From Crocosphaera subtropica ATCC 51142 (lineage in GTDB: Bacteria > Cyanobacteriota > Cyanobacteriia > Cyanobacteriales > Microcystaceae): a DNA stretch of 32,000 bases. Position 1 is the first letter of the stretch. Each line of letters opens with the position of its first letter. Positions 10,100 through 19,320 of the stretch are shown here, piece after piece. Below the pieces are notes generated by a model. That model ran no database searches, was not told the origin of the DNA, and worked only from the letters and a program-made list of their open reading frames with translations. A program made the position numbers and the translations under genes. Location of the stretch: positions 1,860,001 to 1,892,000 of the forward strand of contig NC_010546.1 in NCBI RefSeq assembly GCF_000017845.1. Direction: 5' to 3'.

Positions 10100-12346
10100 T
10101 TACGACGCTTCTTCTTGATTTTTTAATAAAGGTTTAATGCCCTGTTTAGGTATCCATTGAATTGCCCCTATTTCTTGTATCCAATACCATTGAATATTTT
10201 GCTGGGTTAGTTCTTTTTGCATAAATTGTGGCAGATATTTAGTTGAAATAATCAGCAATTTTGGCTTGTTGTTTTTTAAGGATTCTACCCAATTTAGTGA
10301 CAATTTTTTTCCTGACCATAAAATTATATCGGAAGATTGATGACGGTTTGGCATCATTAAGTTATCGTCCTGTGTTTGACTATCTATCCATAACCAAGAT
10401 TGATTTTTAGTTTTCCATTGTAGGATTAATGGAATTTGATTGAGAGCTTTTATAATTGTTGAATTCACTTGAATTTTTTGGGTATTTTCTAGGTTGCTTT
10501 GGGTTGATTTTTGATTATTAAATAAATAAATGACATTTTTTATGTTCATTTTCTCTTCAAGCAAGGATAAAGCCTCTCTATTTTGATAATTAGTCAGAAT
10601 AATGGTTGTAATCTGATTAATTCCTTGTTGATATAAAAAGGGTGATAATGTATATTTTATGTCTGATTCATCACCGATATTTAAAAGGGTAACTTGACCT
10701 CTATCTTGAATAATAATAAGTGGTAAATGATTCGTTTTTAAAATTGTAGTTTTAAATAAAAATAAATTTTTATAGATAATGGGAATGATAACCAATAGAA
10801 TAATTGTTATTCCGACTGTTTTCCAACGTTTTTGCCATTTTTTATTCAACCAAATGGTGAGTAAAATTCCATAAATTACAATCAAAGTCGTCAAAGATAT
10901 TTGTCCAACAGCGAAAGCACTTAACTTTAATTTGGGTATTTGTTCTGCTGATTGCAATAAAATTTCTAGAGGCAAAAATAATAATTTAGCTAGTTCTATC
11001 CCAAAACTAGGAACGATGATCATAAAAATAGCACTAATTATGCCTCCAATCACTAACAAGATAATTAAGGGAGTTGCCAGAATATTGCAAGGGATAGTAT
11101 AAAAACTAAAAGTATGAAAAACGTACATAATTAAAGGAGATGTCCAAATAGAAACAGCAACGGGGACAGCTATCATCGAAGCAATTTTAGGAGGTAAAAA
11201 ATCTAACTTATTTTCAATGGAAGGACTGGTAACCAATAAAGCAAAGGTGGCTAAAAAACTCAACTGAAATCCTAAATCCCAGATCCATAGAGGATTAAAA
11301 AGTAATAATATAAATCCAGATAATAATAAGGTTCCCAGGGGATTAGTTTTTCTATCTAAAACCTGACCAATTAGAATAGCAATTCCCATTAAACTGGCTC
11401 GTAAAATAGATGGCTGAATTCCTGTTAAACCAACATACAAAATTAGGATAAGAATACCAATAACTAATTTTTTACTGGGAGAAAGAGAGCGAGTAACCCA
11501 AAAAATAATTGCCAGTAATAAAGCCACATGAAAGCCAGATGCTGCTAAAACATGAGCCAAGCCAATGTTAACAAATAAATCTCGAATTTCTGGAGGTAAA
11601 TCAACGGCTGATCTTCCCAAAATCATAGAACTAATGACTAAGCCATTTTTCTTTCCTAAAGCATCAGTAAATCCATTAATAATACGATGTCTTAGTTTAG
11701 TCCATCCCCAATTCTTTTTATTTTCTACAAAGACAATTTTTTCTCCTTTGAGTCCTGAAAATGAGCCTTGTTTTGCTAGGTACTTTTTAAAGTCAAAGGT
11801 TCCAGGATTTTTAGGCGATCGTGGTTGATATAAATTCCCTTCAATAATCAAAGTTTGTCCAGGATAAATTAGGCTAACTTCTTCACTGGGTAAAGTTACA
11901 TATACTTTTCCTGTTACTGGTTTAAATGGTTCAGTTTGACTAGATAAATTAACCCTTTTTGCTTGTAACCAAAACTTTTTTCGATCATTGCTAGTTACTC
12001 TTGGTTCTGATAATAGGTTTCCGATTAATTGAACTTTTTGGGATGTAAAATTATCTTGAATTAAGTAGCTAATATCCGTTGAACCAGGAGAAGGAATACG
12101 CCATTGAAAATATAAGACTGCTAATAAAGCAACCACAGAAGCAGTAAACCAAAACTGTAATGAAGGACAACGTCGCCAACGATTGTTTAATAAAATAAAT
12201 AAACTAAGAGGAATAATCGTAATGAATAAAATAACGATTCCCCATTGTTGCCAAGAAGGATTAGGATTAGCAACCCCCCATAATCCCGTGCTCAATAAAC
12301 CACCAAAATAAGCAAAAATAAGAATGACATAATGGAAGGAATTCAT
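10100..12346 (-). CDS. comEC: DNA internalization competence protein ComEC/Rec2 family
   Basis: 748-aa polytopic membrane ORF. Has an N-terminal OB/DUF4131-like region and the competence-domain motif GLAHVLAASGFHVALL. The C-terminal lactamase-like region appears degenerate (LTNYQNRE where HxHxDH is expected). Confidence 0.85.
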   Translation of the reverse strand: MNSFHYVILIFAYFGGLLSTGLWGVANPNPSWQQWGIVILFITIIPLSLFILLNNRWRRCPSLQFWFTASVVALLAVLYFQWRIPSPGSTDISYLIQDNFTSQKVQLIGNLLSEPRVTSNDRKKFWLQAKRVNLSSQTEPFKPVTGKVYVTLPSEEVSLIYPGQTLIIEGNLYQPRSPKNPGTFDFKKYLAKQGSFSGLKGEKIVFVENKKNWGWTKLRHRIINGFTDALGKKNGLVISSMILGRSAVDLPPEIRDLFVNIGLAHVLAASGFHVALLLAIIFWVTRSLSPSKKLVIGILILILYVGLTGIQPSILRASLMGIAILIGQVLDRKTNPLGTLLLSGFILLLFNPLWIWDLGFQLSFLATFALLVTSPSIENKLDFLPPKIASMIAVPVAVSIWTSPLIMYVFHTFSFYTIPCNILATPLIILLVIGGIISAIFMIIVPSFGIELAKLLFLPLEILLQSAEQIPKLKLSAFAVGQISLTTLIVIYGILLTIWLNKKWQKRWKTVGITIILLVIIPIIYKNLFLFKTTILKTNHLPLIIIQDRGQVTLLNIGDESDIKYTLSPFLYQQGINQITTIILTNYQNREALSLLEEKMNIKNVIYLFNNQKSTQSNLENTQKIQVNSTIIKALNQIPLILQWKTKNQSWLWIDSQTQDDNLMMPNRHQSSDIILWSGKKLSLNWVESLKNNKPKLLIISTKYLPQFMQKELTQQNIQWYWIQEIGAIQWIPKQGIKPLLKNQEEAS

Positions 12347-12566
12347 AACAATTGTCCTACCTAGTTAGTGATAATTATCAAAATAAAGCAATTAACAATT
12401 GAGAAATTTAAGTTTGAGCAGTGCATAGGAAACGATAAAAGCTAGAAAATGAAATTCTCAGAAGTGACAAATTATAAAAATTGTTAACCAATCTCAGTAA
12501 AATAACTCAATTAACCCAGAAAAATGAGAGAATATTAAAGGATAAAAAAAGAGCGATTATAAACGG

Positions 12567-13961
12567 ATGAATCCTTCGACCACCTCAGAACTATCGCTAT
12601 ATCAGCTAACCCAAACCACTGAGCCACATTTATCTCCTTTAATTGTGTCGGCCAGTACCTTTCGGGAGTGGGTTGATACGGCGATCCAATTCTTAATTGA
12701 TGAAGAAATACAGGCTACGGTATGGGCAAAATTACCGCCAAATTCCCGTTGGTGGACTAACCTAGAAAACTATTATCAAGAAGGTCTTCCTCAACAAATT
12801 TATCGTTGTACTATTAGTCGCAGTGGTGGTACAGCCCCATCTCGTCATGGTTCTCATACTGCCTATCCATCCCAGGATAATTTTACCCCCATTGTATTGG
12901 AAACGAACACTCAGCTAAGACGGGAACATTTTTGCCTAATTTTATCCCCTCAACTGTGTTGTCTGATTTTGGCACAAGAACAAATCTCAGCAGACGAAGA
13001 CCCCCCGTCAGGACTCTTAGAACCCACCGTCCTCAAAGGGGTCTATAGTTTTAACCCCACCATTATCCAAAAGGTCTTATCCGGGATCAAGCATCTGATT
13101 ACCATTACCGACACGACCCCAGTAGAAGTCTTAGGGGAGTCCGTTTTAGCCTTTCCCTTACCCAGTACAATGGATGCGACCCTGTTAACCAAATTATGGT
13201 CTCGATGTTTGCTTCCTCGATCATCGGTTAACCCCTATAATCTACCCGAAACCAGTCAACCCCTCCCCCCAAAAAATTTGACCCTCGGAGAAGAGTTCCT
13301 CAAACCCCTGACCACCGAATTGAGTACCCCGTTAACTAACATGAAAACCGCCTTACGGTTACTCGAATCAAAACAACATAAACGGGATATTCGCCAACGG
13401 TATATCGACCTGTTAAAAAAAGAATGCGATCGCCAAAATACCCTACTGACTGGATTACAAGAATTGCTACAACTCAATCAAAGTTTAAACGATGCTGAAC
13501 CCATCGTTCACCTCGAAGAAGTGGTTCCAGGGATCGTCAGTACCTATCAAGCGATCGCTGAAGAAAAAGGTATCATGTTAGGTTATACCATTCCCCCTGG
13601 CTTTCCTCCGGTGGCTTGTCCTAATGTGTGGTTACGGCGTATTCTACAAAACATTATTCACAATAGCCTCAAATTCACCCCAAAAGGGGGGCGTATCACG
13701 GTACAGGCAGCCTTAAAGTCCGAGGGAGTAGAAATATCTGTCGCCGATACGGGAATGGGTATCGAACAGAGTGATCTCCCCAAACTATTCGATAGTTTCT
13801 ATCGGGGACGAAACACCCTGAATCGTGATATTGAAGGGGTAGGACTAGGATTAACCATCGCTCATCACCTCATCGAACAATGTGGTGGAAAAATCGATAT
13901 TGTCTCTCAAGTAGGGAAAGGAACCATTGTTAAAGTGGTCTTTCAAGAATCCTCTGATTGA
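12567..13961 (+). CDS. Histidine-kinase-like protein (DHp + HATPase_c) lacking the canonical phospho-acceptor His; the N-terminal roughly 235-aa sensor region is of unidentified type
   Basis: HATPase motifs are intact: HNSLKFTPKGG (N), DTGMGI (G1), FDSFYRG (F) and GVGLGLTIA (G2). The H-box reads TTELSTPL instead of SHELRTPL. Confidence 0.85.
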   Translation: MNPSTTSELSLYQLTQTTEPHLSPLIVSASTFREWVDTAIQFLIDEEIQATVWAKLPPNSRWWTNLENYYQEGLPQQIYRCTISRSGGTAPSRHGSHTAYPSQDNFTPIVLETNTQLRREHFCLILSPQLCCLILAQEQISADEDPPSGLLEPTVLKGVYSFNPTIIQKVLSGIKHLITITDTTPVEVLGESVLAFPLPSTMDATLLTKLWSRCLLPRSSVNPYNLPETSQPLPPKNLTLGEEFLKPLTTELSTPLTNMKTALRLLESKQHKRDIRQRYIDLLKKECDRQNTLLTGLQELLQLNQSLNDAEPIVHLEEVVPGIVSTYQAIAEEKGIMLGYTIPPGFPPVACPNVWLRRILQNIIHNSLKFTPKGGRITVQAALKSEGVEISVADTGMGIEQSDLPKLFDSFYRGRNTLNRDIEGVGLGLTIAHHLIEQCGGKIDIVSQVGKGTIVKVVFQESSD

Positions 13962-13962
13962 C

Positions 13963-13985
13963 CAGTGACCAGTTAACAGTTACTG
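13963..13985 (+). terminator. Weak hairpin downstream of the kinase-like gene (possible terminator)
   Basis: CAGTGAC-9 nt-GTTACTG (7 bp including one G-U) followed by the moderately T-rich ttccattgtcctttg. Confidence 0.3.
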
Positions 13986-14046
13986 TTCCATTGTCCTTTG
14001 CTACGATTAGAAGGAAACCCTAAAAATTGAGAGTAACAGAACCATT

Positions 14047-14265
14047 ATGGCAGCTAAAATTAAGAAAGGTGCATTAGTGCGTGTTGTTAAAGAAAAGCTC
14101 GAAAACAGTTTAGAAGCCAAGGCTAGTGATAGCCGTTTTCCGAGTTATCTATTTGACAGTAAAGGGGAAATTATCGAGATGAACGATGAATATGCCCTGA
14201 TTCGATTTTATGTTCCTACTCCCAGTGTTTGGTTGCGCCTCGACCAACTAGAAGCTGTAGAATAA
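14047..14265 (+). CDS. ndhO: NAD(P)H-quinone oxidoreductase (NDH-1) subunit O
   Basis: 72-aa ORF with KKGALVRVVKEKLENSLEAKASD...WLRLDQLE. This matches cyanobacterial NdhO as I recall it. Confidence 0.88.
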   Translation: MAAKIKKGALVRVVKEKLENSLEAKASDSRFPSYLFDSKGEIIEMNDEYALIRFYVPTPSVWLRLDQLEAVE

Positions 14266-14284
14266 ACCCTTAACCTTTAATATT

Positions 14285-15259
14285 ATGACTGTCTCTTACG
14301 ACTCCCTTCTTTCCTGTCAATCTCTGCGTGTGGCCATTATGGGCGCAGGGAATGTGGGACGAACCTTGGCCCAACGCATCGTAGAAAAAGACTTAGCTGA
14401 TGTTGTCCTGCTAGATGTAGTTGAAGGACTTCCTCAAGGCATTGCCCTTGATTTAATGGAAGCCCAAGGACTCGAATACCATAACTGTGAGGTGGTGGGG
14501 ACCAATAACTACGAAGAGACAGCCAATGCCGATTTAGTGGTCATCACCGCAGGCCGTGCCAGAACCCCTGGTATCAGCAGAGATGACCTTTTGGCCATTA
14601 ATGCCAAAATTGTGGCTGACGTGGCTGAAAAAGCCTATAAATACTCCCCTAATGCCATTTTTATGGTCATTACCAACCCTCTCGATGTGATGACCTATTT
14701 AACCCGCAAAGTGACTGGGTTACCGCCACAACGGGTGATGGGAATGGCTGGAGTTTTGGACTCGTCTCGTCTACAAACCTTTATCGCTATGGAATTAGGC
14801 ATTTCTACCGCTAATGTAACAGCGATGGTATTAGGGGGACACGGAGATTTAATGGTGCCTTTACCCAATTATTGTACGGTCAACGGCATACCTATTACTG
14901 AATTATTAGATTCACAAACCATTAATCGCTTAATGGAAAGAACCCGTAACGGCGGAGCAGAAGTGGTTAAATTATTGAAAACAGGGGGCGCTTATTATGC
15001 GCCGGCTTCTGCTGCTTCTGTTATGATTGAAAGCATTTTACGGGATCAATCTCGTTTACTGCCAACGGCAGCTTATTTACAAGGAGAATATGGTTTAAAT
15101 GATATTTATATCGGGGTTCCTTGCTTTTTAGGTTGTCGTGGAGTCAAGAAAATATTAGAACTGAAATTAAGCGATGCTGAACAAGAAGCGTTACATATTT
15201 CTGCTAATTCGGTTAGGAAAAATGTTCATTTTGCTTTAGAAAGTGTTGGTTTTAAATAA
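14285..15259 (+). CDS. mdh: Malate dehydrogenase (LDH-like MDH family)
   Basis: Rossmann motif GAGNVG, ITNPLD, MGMAGVLDSSR and catalytic GGHGD. Length is 324 aa. Confidence 0.95.
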   Translation: MTVSYDSLLSCQSLRVAIMGAGNVGRTLAQRIVEKDLADVVLLDVVEGLPQGIALDLMEAQGLEYHNCEVVGTNNYEETANADLVVITAGRARTPGISRDDLLAINAKIVADVAEKAYKYSPNAIFMVITNPLDVMTYLTRKVTGLPPQRVMGMAGVLDSSRLQTFIAMELGISTANVTAMVLGGHGDLMVPLPNYCTVNGIPITELLDSQTINRLMERTRNGGAEVVKLLKTGGAYYAPASAASVMIESILRDQSRLLPTAAYLQGEYGLNDIYIGVPCFLGCRGVKKILELKLSDAEQEALHISANSVRKNVHFALESVGFK

Positions 15260-15378
15260 AGTAAAAAATAATGAGTTATTAGTTTAATGAGAGGTTTTTA
15301 TGATGATTGGGAACAATTGTAATATTTCTACAAATGCTAGAATAAATAAGAGTTTTGAATAACTTTATTTAATTAAAC

Positions 15379-15855
15379 ATGAGTAAAATAAGTACATTTT
15401 TAAAAAAATCAACGATTCTGATGGGATTAGCTTCTTTGATAGTTTCTCTAACGCCTAATCTAGTGTTATCTCAATCAATCAACCCTTTAGAAGAAGAATG
15501 GATTAATATTAGTTGTGAGGAAGAACCCAGTTTAACATTAAGCCCTGATAAACAAGAAATGATTCGTACCGCTTTAAAAGATAATCAACAACTTCAAGGG
15601 TTATTTTCTCAAATCGCTGGACAATCTCTAAATGAAGGTTTATTAGAGAGTTTTTTAGCGATCGCTGATTATAGTTTAAATGAGTTTCGTCGTCAATCAG
15701 AAGGACAGTCTATGGCCTTATTAAATTTGTTTTTTAATGAACAAACCATAGACACTTTATTTACAGAAGTTCGTTCACAATGGAAACAAGAAATAGAAAA
15801 AGCTTGTGCTAATCAAGCAACTCCTCAAGAGTATTTCTGGCAAAAATCAAAGTAG
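15379..15855 (+). CDS. Secreted hypothetical protein (158 aa)
   Basis: N-terminal signal peptide (KKSTILMGLASLIVSLTPNLVLSQS) and two Cys. No family recognised. Convergent with the deacetylase gene, 5 bp apart. Confidence 0.6.
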   Translation: MSKISTFLKKSTILMGLASLIVSLTPNLVLSQSINPLEEEWINISCEEEPSLTLSPDKQEMIRTALKDNQQLQGLFSQIAGQSLNEGLLESFLAIADYSLNEFRRQSEGQSMALLNLFFNEQTIDTLFTEVRSQWKQEIEKACANQATPQEYFWQKSK

Positions 15856-15860
15856 ATTAA

Positions 15861-17096
15861 TTAATAATTAGAAAATGCTTCACTGATGGTTACAAACTGA
15901 AATCCCTTATCTTGGAGACGTTGAATAATGGTGTCTAAAGATTGCACTGTATTGCTACGACTTAAAGAAGCAGAAGGGTGTTTAAAATTGGGATTTGGTT
16001 CAACACCATCGTGCATCAAAATAATGTTATTCCTGTTATAGTTTAATGCTTTTTGAATAATACTGTTTGTGGTACTCGTTTTTCGCCAATCTTCAGTATC
16101 AATCGTCCATAATGCTGTATTTAAACCAGCTTGATGCGCTATTTTTAACGTTGACTCATTTTGACTAGCGTAGGGTGAACGAAACCAACGGGGTTTAGAA
16201 CCGATACAATTTTCAATAATGGCTTGAGTTTGGAAAATTTCTTGTTGTTGTTCTTCATCAGAAATTCTACCCATCCAGGGATGAGTATAACTATGATTGC
16301 CGATTTCGTGACCTTCTGAATAAATACGTTGCACAATAGCACAATGCTGACTAACTTGACTGCCAACGACAAAAAAGGTTGCTTTAACATTATACTTCCT
16401 TAAAATATCTAAAATTGGCTCGGTATATTGAGGTGAAGGACCATCATCAAACGTTAAAACCACTGATTGTTTTTTGGCTTTCGCCATGACAGATTGTTTA
16501 TTATGATAAGTTAGATCAATAAAATTACTGTTATCAGTAATTGCTTCCCAAGGGTGATTTCTAGCTTGATGACTATCTAATTTAGTAAAATAATTCTTCC
16601 ATTGATTAATACTATCTGCATAAAAAGGAATATAGTTAATATAATCTTGAGCCGATTTATGGTAAGGACTATTAGGCTCAAATTCTTTCATTATATTATT
16701 AGCTTGCTCTAAGTTTTTTTGAGCTTCATTGAGTAAAGATATTGCAGATTGACTATTGTTTTGACCTCTTGCTTCTGTGAGTAATCTATCTGCTTCGTTA
16801 AAATATTGACTTGCTTGTATAAATTTTTCTTCTTCTTGTTTCAATAATTGATTAGTTGATATTGTTTGTTTTCGTCGAGGGGGAGGAATCACTGATAAAT
16901 TATTTTCAATATTTTTACTTTCTTGATAATCTTTGTTTTGATTGACCTCATTTTCAGAACTAGATTGAGTTGAATTGTTAGACAAACCTGCTTTTATGAA
17001 AGCAAAACTAATTCCTGAGATAGCACTTAATACGATAGCAACAAAAAAGCCGATGATGATTTTATCAGATTTAGTAATCATTATAATTTTTATCAA
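15861..17096 (-). CDS. Membrane-anchored polysaccharide deacetylase (NodB homology domain)
   Basis: N-terminal TM helix, a helical spacer, then NodB motifs TFDDGP and HEIGNHSYTHP. Lies 60 bp downstream of the kinase gene on the same strand. Confidence 0.88.
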   Translation of the reverse strand: MIKIIMITKSDKIIIGFFVAIVLSAISGISFAFIKAGLSNNSTQSSSENEVNQNKDYQESKNIENNLSVIPPPRRKQTISTNQLLKQEEEKFIQASQYFNEADRLLTEARGQNNSQSAISLLNEAQKNLEQANNIMKEFEPNSPYHKSAQDYINYIPFYADSINQWKNYFTKLDSHQARNHPWEAITDNSNFIDLTYHNKQSVMAKAKKQSVVLTFDDGPSPQYTEPILDILRKYNVKATFFVVGSQVSQHCAIVQRIYSEGHEIGNHSYTHPWMGRISDEEQQQEIFQTQAIIENCIGSKPRWFRSPYASQNESTLKIAHQAGLNTALWTIDTEDWRKTSTTNSIIQKALNYNRNNIILMHDGVEPNPNFKHPSASLSRSNTVQSLDTIIQRLQDKGFQFVTISEAFSNY

Positions 17097-17156
17097 AATA
17101 ATTAAAATAAAGTCAGAATTTTCAATAGAGCGAAAAGACTGACTTAACTCAATATT

Positions 17157-18773
17157 TTACTGTCTCACACTTTCACGAATCCAAAATGGTTCCCCAGAAT
17201 GAGCATTTAACATCTTAGCAAAACTTTCTGCTTCGTATTTTGAGGTAAAACTAGCTACTTGTGTTTCTCCTCTAGAATAAATCATTGCATCGCCACAATA
17301 ATTATTTTTAACAAGACTGAGGTTATAACCATCTGTTTTTACAGCCCACCATACTTTTTCACCATTATTAGGAGAACCGCATTGGGGTTTCCAAGAAACA
17401 TCCGGACGACTAGAAACAGAGGAACGAGATGAATCATATCTAGCTGCAATTCTCTCACTATCTTGAAAATCTTTGATGGTTTTTTGTGCTTGACTCAGTT
17501 GACCTTGAGTAGCAGCTAAATTATTGCTAAGTTCTCCTAAGTTACTTTTAGTTTTGGTTAATTCTTGGGTGATTTCTGCTGTTTTAGAATTAGCATTTTT
17601 CAGTTCATTTTCTAATTGTTCGATTTGGCCATCTTTTTCTTTGACCGTGTCTTCAAGTTGAGTAATAGTTTGATTATTGCTATCAATTTCGGCTTTTAGT
17701 TCTGTGATCATATCGGTTAGCCAGTAACTACTAATAGCAACCCCAAGAACTGTAATACCTCCTAAAACAACTAAAGATGCTGTTTTCAAATTTCCTTGTT
17801 TTTTCGTCTCAGGGACATTAAAATTTGCAGTATTAATAGGAGGAGTTGGATCAATAACAGTAGTTGGTAATGGTGGTGTCGGGGGTGGAGGGGTTGAATT
17901 ATAATCTACATTATTAGCAATAATTTCAGTTGGTTTGATTGACTTTTTCGGTTGAGATGAATGCAAATACTGATACATTTCATCAGCTGTAGCATAACGA
18001 TGAGAGCGATCGTCTTGTATGGCTTTATCAAGAACTTTTTCTAAAGTTGGATCTAAATTAGGAATATATTTTTTCCAGTCTAATTCTCCTGTTTGGGGAT
18101 GAGGTTCAAACTCCACTGGTAATTTATCCGTTAAAGCATAAATCATGGTAAAACCTAACGAATATAAATCGCTACTAAAAGTAGGACGACCAACACTTTG
18201 TTCAGGAGACATAAACCCCCTTGTTCCAATAATTACCGAACTAATTACCGATCCTGACGATCGGCGCACTTTTCCCATAGAATCTTTAACTGCACCAAAA
18301 TCAATTAAAACCGGTAAACCGTCGCTGCTGCGAATAATAATATTTTCGGGTTTAATATCTCGGTGAATCAGGTTTTTATCTTGTATATACTGTAAGGTTC
18401 TGAGTAGGGAAGTAAGAATAGAAAAAGTTCTCTCTTGAGAAATGGGACTAATTTCAGCTAATGTTTTGCCTTCAATATATTCTTGAACCAGATAAAATTC
18501 CCCCTCATCTTCAAAATAATCATAAAGTTCAGGAATGTTAGGATGGTTACGTCCTAACTCTTCTAAAACGGCTGCTTCTTTTTGAAAGCTATTCTTGATA
18601 ATTTCGTAATCAACATTAGATTGATTGATGGGTTTCAGTTTCTTAATGACCACTTTCCGTTCCGAAGGCATTCGGGTATCTTTTGCTAGAAACGTGACAC
18701 CAAATCCGCCATTTCCTATTTCTTGTTCGATTTGATAGCGATCAACTAAGGTGTTAGACCCCACTTGATTCAT
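17157..18773 (-). CDS. Hanks-type Ser/Thr protein kinase with a TM helix, periplasmic coiled coil and a small C-terminal SPOR-like domain
   Basis: Kinase motifs GNGGFGVTF...VIKK, HRDIKPEN, DFG and GTRGFMSPE. Pro-rich linker, then a TM helix (ASLVVLGGITVLGVAISSYWL) and about 100 aa of heptad-like sequence. The C-terminal roughly 75 aa fit a beta-alpha-beta-beta-alpha-beta pattern. Confidence 0.92.
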   Translation of the reverse strand: MNQVGSNTLVDRYQIEQEIGNGGFGVTFLAKDTRMPSERKVVIKKLKPINQSNVDYEIIKNSFQKEAAVLEELGRNHPNIPELYDYFEDEGEFYLVQEYIEGKTLAEISPISQERTFSILTSLLRTLQYIQDKNLIHRDIKPENIIIRSSDGLPVLIDFGAVKDSMGKVRRSSGSVISSVIIGTRGFMSPEQSVGRPTFSSDLYSLGFTMIYALTDKLPVEFEPHPQTGELDWKKYIPNLDPTLEKVLDKAIQDDRSHRYATADEMYQYLHSSQPKKSIKPTEIIANNVDYNSTPPPPTPPLPTTVIDPTPPINTANFNVPETKKQGNLKTASLVVLGGITVLGVAISSYWLTDMITELKAEIDSNNQTITQLEDTVKEKDGQIEQLENELKNANSKTAEITQELTKTKSNLGELSNNLAATQGQLSQAQKTIKDFQDSERIAARYDSSRSSVSSRPDVSWKPQCGSPNNGEKVWWAVKTDGYNLSLVKNNYCGDAMIYSRGETQVASFTSKYEAESFAKMLNAHSGEPFWIRESVRQ

Positions 18774-19320
18774 GTTAAATGTCTCCTATTAATTGGGTTT
18801 AGTAAAGGGATAGACTTACAACAGTTTGGTATTTAACAATTCATCTACAGCGTTTCTCGTTACCAGTGGGGTACACCTGTTTCTGAAAGCTGAACTCCCA
18901 AAACTAAAAAATTTTGTACCTTACAAGTATGAGACGTGTTATATATTGTACCCATAGGCTCTATTGGGTTAAACAATTGGCTGACTTAGCTGTGATACTT
19001 TTCATAAATGTCACAAGAATACTTTCTGAGATAACCTCAATTAAGCCAATTGTCCAGGTGCATTAACCTAAAAATCTGAAGATTTAAAAAAAAAGTTAAT
19101 CCACGGTTTGACCTTGAGGATAGTCTCAACCGTAAACTTTGTTAAAAATAATCTTAAAAAAATACCAAGAAAAAGAAATACTTTAGAAAGTCGTTGATTA
19201 AATAGAAATAGGATTGCATCACCATAGAAATATGTTGATGATTTTCCTTAAATGTCAAGAAATACCAACAATTTTTTCTGTCATCTGATTATCTTTCAAC
19301 GGGTTTAATCTCAATACTCA

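Noticed and set aside
11565-18366. Track ORFs 11565-11828(+), 13256-13477(-), 16145-16390(-) and 18145-18366(+)
   Set aside because: Each is embedded antisense or out of frame in a well-supported larger CDS (comEC, the kinase-like gene, the deacetylase or the Ser/Thr kinase).
18929-19066. 45-codon plus-strand ORF (MRRVIYCTHRLYWVKQLADL...) in the large spacer
   Set aside because: No RBS, and an unremarkable composition. It lies within the likely 5' region of the divergent kinase gene.
19085-19135. Hairpin ACGGTTGA/TCAAACCGT with a T9 run on the minus strand, considered as an intrinsic terminator
   Set aside because: The T-run is separated from the stem by 8 nt and the loop is 14 nt, so it is not a canonical terminator geometry. 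Kept only as context for the candidate RNA region.
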